Shown one piece after another: positions 36,277 through 45,340 of a stretch of DNA of 54,922 nt. Each line of letters opens with the position of its first letter. The stretch's first letter is position 1. Origin of the DNA: a virus (Duplodnaviria > Caudoviricetes); the IMG/VR virus record IMGVR_UViG_3300049259_000054, positions 1 through 54,922 of that record. One strand, written 5' to 3'. The notes beneath the pieces were generated by a model. It ran no database searches, had not been told where the DNA came from, and saw only the letters and a list, made by a program, of their open reading frames with translations. Both the position numbers and the translations under genes were made by a program.

Positions 36277-37506
36277 TTAGACGAACGCCACGTCGGCGAA
36301 CAGGTCCGGACGGGGCAACGCCAAACCGACCCGCTCCTCCGCCTGGATCAGCACCTGGTTCCGAACCGGGTAGTCGGCGTGTTGCGGGTAGACCTGCACG
36401 TTGACCGATTCGCGGTCGAACAGGATCGCGCCCAGTTCGAAGTCCGCCACCAGACAACGCCCGACCGGGTAGATCCGGGAGCGTTTGGTCGGCAGTCCCC
36501 ACACCGTCAGGTTCTCGGTCATCCCCAGCGAGAAGGGGACACCGGCGTCGAAGATGCCGGAGGTGGATGCTCGACGGGTGAACATCGCCCAAGCGTCGGT
36601 CGGGTTCAGAACGCAGGCGGTGGCGGTGCCGTCGTGCAGCTCCACCGCGGCGATGCCGTTGGCGATCGCGGTGGCGAAGTCCGTGCCGCCGTTGAGCTGT
36701 TGGCGGCCGGCGTCGTTGCGGATACCGGAGATGTCTGGCCAAGTACCGGAACCGGCGATGATCTCCGCGTCTTCCCGAACCTGCACCAAGTAGGGCAGCC
36801 GGCCGTTGATGTAATCCATCACGGTCTGGGCGTCTTCGAAGATCTGCTTGCTGACGGTCATGTTGCCGGCGACGACCGTGATCGGCGCTTGTGCACCCTG
36901 GAACGACAGGCTGACGTCGGGCTTGACGTTGCCTTCCTGGACCGCCGATGCGCCGCCTTCCAGGCTGACCGGGTTGAGCTCCCGGACGTACGGGATGGTG
37001 GAAAGGCCAGTCCGTTGTACCGGGATGAGGTCCCGCATGAACAGTCTGGCGCGGCGCGGGGTCGGGGCGATCGGCTGTCCGACCGGCAACAGCGAGGTGA
37101 CGCCGTTGGTGGCGGCGTTGGGCGGACCGCCTGAACCCCATTCGAAGATGGGGGCGCGGATACCGTATTGCAGTTCGACGGTGGGGGAGACGCCGTTGGC
37201 GCCCCGCTCCGCCCACTGCTTGAAGTCTTCCTGTTCGTATACTTGGTCACCGGCGGTGCGGACGCCTTCAGCGACTCGTAGCCCGTAGGCTTCCGGCGTG
37301 GCGAGCTGCCGTGCACCCTGTTCGACCGATTTTGCGATCATCAGGTGGACGTCGGCGCGTTCGGCCTCTTCCACGACCGCCCGGGTGGCCTTGCTGTTCT
37401 CGTCGTTGCGCTCGAGTTCGGACTTGACGGTGAAGTCGGCCCGCAGGTCCGCCAGGTGGGCTTGCAACTCCAGGACGGACATGTCCTTGAGTGGCTTGTC
37501 AACCAT
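36277..37506 (-). CDS. Major capsid protein (HK97 fold)
   Basis: RDLIP, IPYVRE, VQEG-x2-KP, VSKQIFED, LNPTD, LTVWGLP, RNQV-x3-EER-x6-RP; AGGAG RBS at M18 of the track ORF. Confidence 0.93.
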   Translation of the reverse strand: MVDKPLKDMSVLELQAHLADLRADFTVKSELERNDENSKATRAVVEEAERADVHLMIAKSVEQGARQLATPEAYGLRVAEGVRTAGDQVYEQEDFKQWAERGANGVSPTVELQYGIRAPIFEWGSGGPPNAATNGVTSLLPVGQPIAPTPRRARLFMRDLIPVQRTGLSTIPYVRELNPVSLEGGASAVQEGNVKPDVSLSFQGAQAPITVVAGNMTVSKQIFEDAQTVMDYINGRLPYLVQVREDAEIIAGSGTWPDISGIRNDAGRQQLNGGTDFATAIANGIAAVELHDGTATACVLNPTDAWAMFTRRASTSGIFDAGVPFSLGMTENLTVWGLPTKRSRIYPVGRCLVADFELGAILFDRESVNVQVYPQHADYPVRNQVLIQAEERVGLALPRPDLFADVAFV

Positions 37507-37610
37507 GATCTCTCCTGTCAATGGATACGGTGGATCTTCCAATGACAGGACTAGCAATCTCGGCTGGCCCTCGTCGTGTTCGATTTTACGCTATGAATCG
37601 GTCGAACAAC

Positions 37611-37649
37611 AATCGGCCCGACTCCGGAGGTGTTGGAGTCGGGCCGATT
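37611..37649. terminator. Stem-loop after the inserted gene
   Basis: aatcggcccgactcc...ggagtcgggccgatt perfect 15-bp stem. Confidence 0.75.
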
Positions 37650-37659
37650 GGCGGGCGGA

Positions 37660-37959
37660 TTAGCCTACGGGGATCCAGCCGTGTTTCCAATGGTGGACTT
37701 GGGTCTTCTTCAGCTTCGCGATTTGCGCGGGCGACGGATCTCTGCCGTGCATTTGACGGTAGGCTTCGATTTTCTGTTCAACGCTCATCGTGCCGGCGTC
37801 CTTGCCTTCAAGGCTTGACGTAGTCTTGGATTTCTTCTCCAGATCCTTGATCAGCCAATCGGCTTCGGCTGTAGTCAGAGTAGACACGCCGTGAGACCAA
37901 CCGAGTTCGAGCAGGCGTTTGTACTGTGCCGGAGTCGTTGGGTCGGCGGCGCGAATCAT
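37660..37959 (-). CDS. Independently transcribed hypothetical protein between protease and capsid (C-terminal HHWKHGWIP)
   Basis: Leaderless ATG 6 nt after TATAAT; followed by its own hairpin. Confidence 0.7.
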   Translation of the reverse strand: MIRAADPTTPAQYKRLLELGWSHGVSTLTTAEADWLIKDLEKKSKTTSSLEGKDAGTMSVEQKIEAYRQMHGRDPSPAQIAKLKKTQVHHWKHGWIPVG

Positions 37960-37979
37960 GTTATCATTATACGCCGAGC

Positions 37980-37995
37980 CTTGCTCAAACGCAAG
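37980..37995 (-). promoter_or_regulatory. Operator plus promoter (TTGCGT-17-TATAAT)
   Basis: cttgc tcaaac gcaag. Confidence 0.85.
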
Positions 37996-38003
37996 ATCTC
38001 GGC

Positions 38004-39068
38004 TCACTCGAAAAAACGACCACCCAAATCCCGGCTGAACACCGACGCGGCGCGCTGCGCAAGCTCCGGCACTACCGGTGTCGGCTCCTCTGGCTCATCG
38101 GCGCGGTCACCGATCTTCATCTTCTTCGCCGCCGCCTCGATCTTCGCCTTCACCTTCGCCAAATCATCCGCCGAGTATTGGCCGGCGTTCTTCGCCTGCC
38201 CGATGTACGAAAGCGCCGCAATCACGCGTGCCTTCGTGTCCAACGGGTAGCGCTTCTTCTTATCCGCCTGGTACCCGGGGTCGGCGTACTCCACATTGCC
38301 GTACGGAGGTGGGGGTGCGGCGGCCCGCTGCACACCCATCGACTCCAGTAGTTCATCCGCCAGCAACCCAGCTTCAGCCAACGCAACCTCGACCTCATCT
38401 GGGCCGGCGCCATCCACCGCATCCAGGGCCTGCCGGACCAACTGCGCCAACTCCTCCGGATCCCGATGCTCCGGGATGACTAAGCCTTCGCCGCCCAACC
38501 CGAGGATCTGCTTCAACTCCTCATCGGTGATCGTCCCATCGTCCCGCAATGCTCGCAAACCGGCGACATCCACCCCCGCCAGGGACAGACCGGGATCCGA
38601 CCGGACACCGAGCGTGGTAGCTCCGGGGATCGACCCGACCGTTACCGGGGAGATCTCCGCCATCCGGGCTTGCATGAACCTGTTGTGGGTCGGGTCGCCG
38701 TCCGGATGTTTGATCGATTTCGCCTTGTCGAACCCGTAAGACCAGTCCTCGATGTCGCCGTCCCGCATCTGGGTGAACGCCTGCCGGGCTCGCGGCACCG
38801 CGTCGAAGTCGCTGAACTGCACCCGCAGCTCATTCGCCTTGCTGGTCTTCTGATGTTCAATCGCCCGCCCGATCGGTTCCGACCGGATGTGCTGCCAGCA
38901 GGCGGTCGGTAGCCGCACCGCCAACTCCGCGTCGAACGCGGACCGTTCGAAGTCGGTCTTGTAGGTATCCAGCACCTCCCACGGGAAGCTGACCAACGCT
39001 TGGCGTTTGGTGTCGTCCATGTCGCGGACGGAGCCCTCGGGCGCCACCCGGTATTGCAAACCCGACAT
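38004..39068 (-). CDS. Prohead protease (HK97 type) with extra C-terminal domain
   Basis: WQH-x3-EPIG, WSYGF, EISPV; C-terminal PYGNVEYADPGYQADKKKRYPLDT. Confidence 0.88.
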   Translation of the reverse strand: MSGLQYRVAPEGSVRDMDDTKRQALVSFPWEVLDTYKTDFERSAFDAELAVRLPTACWQHIRSEPIGRAIEHQKTSKANELRVQFSDFDAVPRARQAFTQMRDGDIEDWSYGFDKAKSIKHPDGDPTHNRFMQARMAEISPVTVGSIPGATTLGVRSDPGLSLAGVDVAGLRALRDDGTITDEELKQILGLGGEGLVIPEHRDPEELAQLVRQALDAVDGAGPDEVEVALAEAGLLADELLESMGVQRAAAPPPPYGNVEYADPGYQADKKKRYPLDTKARVIAALSYIGQAKNAGQYSADDLAKVKAKIEAAAKKMKIGDRADEPEEPTPVVPELAQRAASVFSRDLGGRFFE

Positions 39069-39078
39069 CGTGGGCTCC

Positions 39079-41829
39079 TTAATCCTGTGGTTCGTTCATC
39101 GGCACGATCAACTGCGTGCATCTGCAATTAATCACTTCCTCGGGCGGTCCCTGCGGATCGCCCGAATACATCAGCTTAGCGTGCTCAGGTCCAAGATCGA
39201 ACGGCTGCCCAAGCGGCACCCGCTGCCCGTTCGCGGCTTTGTGCGATTCGCGGGTCCGGTCGTCCGGGGTAGCCAGCCACTCTTTCTCAAGCTCGGTCGC
39301 GTTCGGCAGCGCGGCACCATAGGCCAGCTGCGCCCCGTTAACCGCACCTTGCACCTCGGTGCGGGCGATGGTTTGGGCGCGAACCCGGTCGGCGTTGTCG
39401 AACACCTTCTGGACTCTCGAGGTCAACGCGGAGATCCCATCACCGGCGTTCACGCCTTCCGTCAACGCCCCAATGATCTCCTTATAGGTCTGGTCGGTTA
39501 CTTGCCCGGCCAGCTGGTTCGCCCGGCCGCGCAGCAACCGGTCGACCGACGCGACTGCGCCGGAGTCGTCGGTATCGGCTGGCAGGTTGATCATCGCGCC
39601 GACATGTCCGGGGATCAACGCTTGGATCGATTGGAAGACGTTCCCTACCCGCCCGGCGGTCTGATCGGTCCAGAATGCGACGTCGAAGATTTTCGCGGCG
39701 TCTACCGGCGGCAGCGGCTGCTCCTCCGGGTGTTCGACCGGTTGGACGGTGTCTCTGACCATTTGTCGGCCGCGGTTGCCCTGTAGCCTCGACACGGTCG
39801 ATTTGGCTTGTTTGGTGAACAGTTCGTGTAGGCTCGCCTCCAGGTGGCCCTCGGTGGCGCGGGCGTGTCGGTCCACCACCCTGGAGTGCCCCAGTCGGCG
39901 GGCGGCGCGGTTCTTGGCGTGCCCGGTCGGGACTGGCAGGTGCCCCGGTCCCGAGTGGCGGACCACCACGACCGGCTCTGGTGCCCTCTCCGCTGTCTTC
40001 TTGTGAATGCTCGAGGTCCGGTGCAGTCCGCACACCTCGCAAGTCTGCGGTTTACCGCCCTTGGCGACGAAACGGTGCGGCGGGGCCTTCGAGGTCTTAC
40101 TGGCCGGACCGACCGGCAGTAGCAGCCCGGCGCCTTGCAAACCGTGTTCGGTGATCACTGCGACGTCCCGGCCGCCGTGGCTGGATGCGGCTTTCGCCTT
40201 GAATTCCGCAATCGCGGCGACGGCTTTCGCCTGAGTCTTCGGGCTGGGCTTGCCGCCGTTGCCGGAGGGCCGACCTTCCGCCCAGTTGTAACAGTCCCCG
40301 ATTGCCCGTTGGATTGCTTCGCTTTCCGGCAGCGACTCGGGCGGGCGCATGAAAGCATGCGCCAGCGCCCGGATGAACAACGGCAGACCACCGGCCTTCG
40401 TCACCCAATTCTTACCCGTCCCCAACGGTGAAGTGTCGTAGCGGTACTCGAGCATGTCCAGCAACCGGAACACCAACTCGTCCGAACGACCGCCCAACCC
40501 GGCGCCCTTATTGGTGGATCCGCCGGCAGACCCGGGGGTGTCGTCCTGATCCGGCACCGGCGCCGCAGTAATCACAGCACCGGCCGCGCGCGGATCCAGG
40601 CCGTACTCCTCCCGGGCCTCGTCGCCGTCTACAATCCCCGCGGCAACCAGCGCACTCGCCGGTTCCGGCTGGAACCGCATCGGCGGTTTCAACGCCGCCA
40701 CCTGCGACAGGTCGAACCACATCACCTCGTCGCCCAACCGCGGCGACAAGTCCGTATTGACCGCGTCCTGAAACTCCGCGATCCACTCCAGGACCGTCCC
40801 GGTCCAATAGTTGCGGTGTTCCTGGTCGGCGTTCTCGTAGGTCCGTTCGGTTGCGTTCCCCAACAGCGACCTCGGCACCCCCCAACCGTCCAGCACTTCG
40901 TCGCGGGCGGCAGCCTTCAACTCCAACAACTGGGCGTCCTTCGCCGACGCCCCGATCTTTTCCACCTGGATCGTCCGCTGCCCATCCTTGGCGCCATCAA
41001 CCTCCGAGAATAAGGTTGAACCGGCGTTCTTCGCGCCGGTGAACGACGACATGAACTGGTCCTGGAACGCCTGCCGCAAATTGTCGTTGCCGAACGGCGG
41101 GGTCACGATCAGGGTGGTCAACGCCATGTTGTTGCGCATGAACGACCGCATGTAGATGTCCATCGCCTCGGACACGTCCAAACTCAACCGCATCCACTGC
41201 AGTGGGGTTTCGGGTTTGCGCCAATCTTCGAGGCTGGGGCGCCACCCGTAGTGGACCTGATCGACCCGCAACAGCCGCTTCTGCTTCGGGGTCTGGTAGA
41301 CAAACCCGGACCACGGCTTAACCGCGGGCGGTTCGGATTCGATCGGGTTCAGGTACATCGACGGGAGCGGGAACAACCCACCGACCGATTTCGGGTTGTC
41401 CTTGTACGGGACGGTCTCCCAAGAATACCTGCCGGTGAACAGGTAATGCAGCAGTGACCAACGGATCAACGCCCGCGGGGTGATCCCCGGGGCGGGCGAC
41501 CCAGGTGGTGGGCCGAGTAGCCTCGCCAGCGGCGCGTTGGCGTCCCACCGGTCCGGTTTATTCGGGTCCAACCCGGCGCGGATCGGCAGACCGGCGATGG
41601 TCTGGGCGATCTTGATGGCGCAGCGGGCGGAGTACAGGTGCCCGTAATACCCGACCTGCAACGCGACGTTGCCGTTGATGGTGTTGGTCTGCGGCATCCC
41701 GGGGGTGGAGTAGACCGTCGCGACATTCGCTGCTGTAGGTGGACGGATCGCCTTACCAACGTCGGTGACAGGGCGGCGGACGACCGCGGTGGCTCTGGTT
41801 CCGGACGCCAACCGCGTAATAAACGACAC
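39079..41829 (-). CDS. Portal protein fused to a MuF/gp7-like head morphogenesis domain
   Basis: Portal motifs (GVPRSLLG...YENA, EARE-x-YGLDP); MuF motifs RAQTIARTE, KEWLATPDDRTRESH, EVINCRC. Confidence 0.9.
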   Translation of the reverse strand: MSFITRLASGTRATAVVRRPVTDVGKAIRPPTAANVATVYSTPGMPQTNTINGNVALQVGYYGHLYSARCAIKIAQTIAGLPIRAGLDPNKPDRWDANAPLARLLGPPPGSPAPGITPRALIRWSLLHYLFTGRYSWETVPYKDNPKSVGGLFPLPSMYLNPIESEPPAVKPWSGFVYQTPKQKRLLRVDQVHYGWRPSLEDWRKPETPLQWMRLSLDVSEAMDIYMRSFMRNNMALTTLIVTPPFGNDNLRQAFQDQFMSSFTGAKNAGSTLFSEVDGAKDGQRTIQVEKIGASAKDAQLLELKAAARDEVLDGWGVPRSLLGNATERTYENADQEHRNYWTGTVLEWIAEFQDAVNTDLSPRLGDEVMWFDLSQVAALKPPMRFQPEPASALVAAGIVDGDEAREEYGLDPRAAGAVITAAPVPDQDDTPGSAGGSTNKGAGLGGRSDELVFRLLDMLEYRYDTSPLGTGKNWVTKAGGLPLFIRALAHAFMRPPESLPESEAIQRAIGDCYNWAEGRPSGNGGKPSPKTQAKAVAAIAEFKAKAASSHGGRDVAVITEHGLQGAGLLLPVGPASKTSKAPPHRFVAKGGKPQTCEVCGLHRTSSIHKKTAERAPEPVVVVRHSGPGHLPVPTGHAKNRAARRLGHSRVVDRHARATEGHLEASLHELFTKQAKSTVSRLQGNRGRQMVRDTVQPVEHPEEQPLPPVDAAKIFDVAFWTDQTAGRVGNVFQSIQALIPGHVGAMINLPADTDDSGAVASVDRLLRGRANQLAGQVTDQTYKEIIGALTEGVNAGDGISALTSRVQKVFDNADRVRAQTIARTEVQGAVNGAQLAYGAALPNATELEKEWLATPDDRTRESHKAANGQRVPLGQPFDLGPEHAKLMYSGDPQGPPEEVINCRCTQLIVPMNEPQD

Positions 41830-41832
41830 CCG

Positions 41833-41994
41833 TCACCCCTGCCTGAGGTCGTGCACCTTTCCGCCCAAAGCCGACAGTTCTCGGTCGTTCATCTGGGCGA
41901 CGATGCGCGGTACCTGTAGGACGGTGAAATACCGCCCTGCGGTAAATGATACCACCGCGACCGGTATCAAAACTAGCACAAACCAGACCCACAT
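41833..41994 (-). CDS. Small membrane protein (53 aa, not in the ORF track)
   Basis: TGATG-coupled to the terminase; begins MWVWFVLVLIPVAVVSF. Confidence 0.6.
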   Translation of the reverse strand: MWVWFVLVLIPVAVVSFTAGRYFTVLQVPRIVAQMNDRELSALGGKVHDLRQG

Positions 41995-43364
41995 CAGTTC
42001 CACCCCCCTGGTTCTGGCAGCCCGAACAGGGCATGCTCGATCACTTTCTGCTCTTCATTGACCGCATGCGGGACCTCATAGTCCGGCTTCGGTCTGGCCG
42101 GCCCCGCCCAAGTCATCACGGTCTTCCGTTCGACCTCGGACAGTTCGGTCAAGGCCCACACCAGAGCGTCAACCCGATCTGGTGATTTATCCCCGGGGGT
42201 GTAGGTGCACATCTGGTCCTCCAGGTCGGTGAACACCTCCGCATGCCACACCTTCTTCTGTTCATACAGGGATGCGATCGGCTCCGCCCGGGTGATCTTC
42301 CCGCGGGACGCCCGCACCGCCCTATATGGGATTTCCGGGTCGATCGAGCGGATCAAGGACTCCACCAGGTCCCCACCGTTGTTGACCTCAGCGACCATCC
42401 GATCCCCGTGCAGGAATTTGAACGTCGAGACGGCGCGCTTCCCCCATTCCGCCGATACCAGCCGGTCCGATTTGTCCCGCAGGATGATGTACCCGGCGTC
42501 GTCAGGCAGCCGGCCGGCGGCAATTATCCCAGTCTCATCCGAATCTTCTCCGGCGGTGACGGCCGGGTCGATCGCCACCACCACCCGTTCGAATGCGGGG
42601 GCGGCGGAGTCGGCCGGCCAATATTGGATCAGATCGCGTTGCCACAGCGCACCCTCGATGTCATCCAGCAGCTGCCCCTCCAACTCCTGCCTGCCCAACC
42701 GGGTCCCTTCGTACCGGCGGCGGAGTTCCTGCAACGCCACCGCAGACAGGTTATCGGCGTTGTCGAAGGTCGACCCGCGGGTGATCTTGACTGATCCGTC
42801 TTTGCGGCTGAACAGGTCCCGGACCAGTTTAGTCGGGCGGGGGGTGGTGGTGACAACGATCTGGGACGCGCCCAACCGGACGGCCGGGACCAACCCTTCG
42901 TACCAGGTTTCTTCGCGGCGCCAGGAGCCCAACTCGTCACACCAAGCGCCCCACAGGTTGTGTCCGCGGGCTCGTTCTGGCTGATCCGCCGAGATCATGT
43001 AGATCACGGAGCCGTTGTAGAATCTGATCTCACCCAGTGTCCGGTTGTACCCGCCGTCTCCGATCTCGCCGGGTATCGCCGCTTTCAAGATCCCGGATTC
43101 GCCTTCTACACAGATCCGGCGGACGTCGGAGTAGGTGGGGGCGAACACCCCCCAGGCGGACCCCGGGTGGGTTGCGGCCTGTTCGGTGATCCAACCGGCG
43201 CCGGTGAAGGTCTTCCCAAACCCGCGGCCTGCCATGATCAACCAAATGTTCCAGGGGACGTCTGGCGGGAATTGCGCCGGCCGCCCTTTCTGACGCCATG
43301 TCCGCTGCCGGGTGGGTTCTTCCATCCGATCGGCGAGCCGGCCGGCGAATTCGTCCCACCTCAT
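41994..43364 (-). CDS. Terminase large subunit
   Basis: AGRGFGKT, AWCDEL, TTTP, GTRLGRQELEG, VAIDPA, AEVNNGGD, SPDRVDA. Confidence 0.96.
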   Translation of the reverse strand: MRWDEFAGRLADRMEEPTRQRTWRQKGRPAQFPPDVPWNIWLIMAGRGFGKTFTGAGWITEQAATHPGSAWGVFAPTYSDVRRICVEGESGILKAAIPGEIGDGGYNRTLGEIRFYNGSVIYMISADQPERARGHNLWGAWCDELGSWRREETWYEGLVPAVRLGASQIVVTTTPRPTKLVRDLFSRKDGSVKITRGSTFDNADNLSAVALQELRRRYEGTRLGRQELEGQLLDDIEGALWQRDLIQYWPADSAAPAFERVVVAIDPAVTAGEDSDETGIIAAGRLPDDAGYIILRDKSDRLVSAEWGKRAVSTFKFLHGDRMVAEVNNGGDLVESLIRSIDPEIPYRAVRASRGKITRAEPIASLYEQKKVWHAEVFTDLEDQMCTYTPGDKSPDRVDALVWALTELSEVERKTVMTWAGPARPKPDYEVPHAVNEEQKVIEHALFGLPEPGGWN

Positions 43365-43960
43365 CGTACGTTCGGTTTGTCGGCTCGGCGGGATTGGACT
43401 CGAAGTACGTGGGCGAATTCGCCGCGGACCGCGGTCTGTTGGATGTGGTTAAGACCCGCTTGGATCAACGCGGTGGTTAGCGCCCGATCGACCAGGTCGA
43501 TCTGCGCCTCCGATACTTTGGCGAGCCGTTCGTCGATATTCAGCTTGGCGATGGTGGCGAGAGTGGCGACGCAGCGGTCCAGCGCCCGCTCGTATAGCGC
43601 CACTTCGGAACGGAGTTGTTCGGTGCCGACGTCGGACATGTACCGGGAGTCGCCGGCCTTCACCAGCGCGCGGGCCTTCGCGGCGAACAGGTCCTTAACC
43701 TCGGTGACCTCCGCCGACACTTCCGCCAACGCGGTCAGCGGGTTATCGACGACAATGTCGGGCTTGTAGTCCGACACAACCGCCACGACCTGCTGCTCCA
43801 CCGCATTCTGCTTAGCCATCTTCCGGGACCCACCGGCATGGACGTTACATTTGTCAATACCATGCATCGGCGGGTTCTTGCAGGGCGTGCCGGAGCGTTT
43901 ATTGATGTAGTGGCAGTACGGTTTTCCGGATCCTTCTGCCGGCGGCTGCTCCCACTTCAT
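43361..43960 (-). CDS. Terminase small subunit
   Basis: Upstream of TerL; C...C...C-x2-HAGG N-terminal motif; leaderless after TAAACT. Confidence 0.8.
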   Translation of the reverse strand: MKWEQPPAEGSGKPYCHYINKRSGTPCKNPPMHGIDKCNVHAGGSRKMAKQNAVEQQVVAVVSDYKPDIVVDNPLTALAEVSAEVTEVKDLFAAKARALVKAGDSRYMSDVGTEQLRSEVALYERALDRCVATLATIAKLNIDERLAKVSEAQIDLVDRALTTALIQAGLNHIQQTAVRGEFAHVLRVQSRRADKPNVR

Positions 43961-44003
43961 CCTCTCAGTTTACCCGGCTCAGGCGCAAGGTGCCAGGTAT
44001 GGC

Positions 44004-44039
44004 GCGGCCCCGACGCGTCAGGGGTGTCGTCGGGGCCGC
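44004..44039. terminator. Stem-loop ending the purZ operon
   Basis: gcggccccgacg...cgtcggggccgc. Confidence 0.7.
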
Positions 44040-44054
44040 TGGACAGTTGGCTTC

Positions 44055-45023
44055 TTAACTGCCGGATGAACCGAACCCGTTGCTGCCGCGGGCGTGGCTG
44101 GTCAACTCTTTCGCCCACACCGGGGTTAGGCCGCGGGTGCTGTTTTCCAGGATGATCAACTGGGCGAGCCGTTCGCCGACTCCAACCTTCACCGGTTCGT
44201 CGGTCATGTTCTGTACTCCTGCGTATAGCTCGCCGCGGTAGCCGCAGTCTATGATACCAGGGTTGACCAGGAGCCCGCGCTTCCGGAGGGTGGAAGACCG
44301 CCCGACCAAGAATCCCCAGGTGTGGGCTGGCAGTTGGACGGCGATCCCGCAGTGGATGTCGACGAAGCTGCGTGGCGGCACTGCCGCAGCTTCAGACACG
44401 TACAGGTCCAGGCCGGCGTCGTCCGGGTGTACCCGGGTGGGGCATTGGACGGTGCCGGATACCATCTGCATCGGCAGCTCGGCTGCAGAGTATTTTTGCT
44501 CGGAGGGCGCCCATGCGGTCCGGTCGCTTTCGGTCTGTGCGATCTTCCCGTATTTGGTGGCGGCCCACCTGGCGGTGTTGGCGATAAGCTCCTCAGCGGC
44601 GGAGTCGGCCGACAATCCGTGGCCGGTCAGGAAGGCCATCGCTGAATAGGCGCCGGTGTGGGACGGCGTGAAGTAACGGATTCGGTCGTCGGATTGCGGC
44701 ATCGCGTAATTCCGGTCGATGTCGATATCGGTCAGGACGGCGCATTTTTGATTGTATTGCAGGGTCCGGTTGATCTCCACCGGTACGCCGTAGGTCGGGA
44801 CGCCCGCCGGCAGGTAGGCGATCAACCCTTCGCATGCCTCTTGGGCGGATAGGTTGATGTCGGCGATGGCGGGTTCCGGACCTTCGGCGTAGATGTTGAA
44901 CGCATGGCCGGGTTCGTACAAGTTTACCTTGTAGGCTGCGGCGGCGGTCCGGATGTGTACCCGAGCATCGATCGACCCTTCCGCCCGGCCTGCGCGGTCG
45001 ATGGGGTGGGCGAAGTAGATCAC
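44055..45023 (-). CDS. Fusion of a nucleoside 2-deoxyribosyltransferase/N-glycosidase-like domain and a trimeric dUTPase-fold dNTP pyrophosphatase
   Basis: N-terminal IYFAHPI...INLSA-x3-C-x-GLIAYL...GVPVEI. C-terminal has all five dUTPase motifs: AGLDL, GRSS, GIIDCGYRGE, RLAQL, RGSNGFGSSG. Confidence 0.85.
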   Translation of the reverse strand: MIYFAHPIDRAGRAEGSIDARVHIRTAAAAYKVNLYEPGHAFNIYAEGPEPAIADINLSAQEACEGLIAYLPAGVPTYGVPVEINRTLQYNQKCAVLTDIDIDRNYAMPQSDDRIRYFTPSHTGAYSAMAFLTGHGLSADSAAEELIANTARWAATKYGKIAQTESDRTAWAPSEQKYSAAELPMQMVSGTVQCPTRVHPDDAGLDLYVSEAAAVPPRSFVDIHCGIAVQLPAHTWGFLVGRSSTLRKRGLLVNPGIIDCGYRGELYAGVQNMTDEPVKVGVGERLAQLIILENSTRGLTPVWAKELTSHARGSNGFGSSGS

Positions 45024-45340
45024 AACCGGACCTCCTCATTGCTTGTAGGCAAGCTTGCTGGTACGCAATCTACCAGGGCGCACAACAGCCCACAAGTACC
45101 CCCGCCGGTCTCCTGCAGGAACGCCGCCAAGCTGTCCCTGGTCGGGTGGTCCCGGTGTAGCTCCTTCGCCGATCCACGGCCCTCCCGCTTATACCGAGTT
45201 TCGAGGCGGTCGAACTCTTCGGCGACGTGCGCTTGGGAGTAGCAGTGTTGCCGGATGGTGGTCCGCTCCTCCGGCTTCACGCTGGCCAGCCGGCGCGCCC
45301 GAGCCCGCACCGCGGGTTTCGAGGCGGCCATTAGACCCAC
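45020..45340 (-). CDS. Hypothetical protein in the purZ operon
   Basis: Coupled ORF between the neighbours. Confidence 0.6.
   Translation of the reverse strand: MGLMAASKPAVRARARRLASVKPEERTTIRQHCYSQAHVAEEFDRLETRYKREGRGSAKELHRDHPTRDSLAAFLQETGGGTCGLLCALVDCVPASLPTSNEEVRL
45038..45069. promoter_or_regulatory. Two abutting operator copies just upstream of the NDT-dUTPase RBS
   Basis: attgc ttgtag gcaag | cttgc tggtac gcaat. Confidence 0.7.

Noticed and set aside
35924-37216. Long alternative-frame and antisense ORFs (this 430-aa ORF, 29927-31234, 20417-21184 and many others)
   Set aside because: They are shadows of real genes in high-GC DNA: low-complexity composition, no RBS or motifs, and complete overlap with well-supported CDSs.
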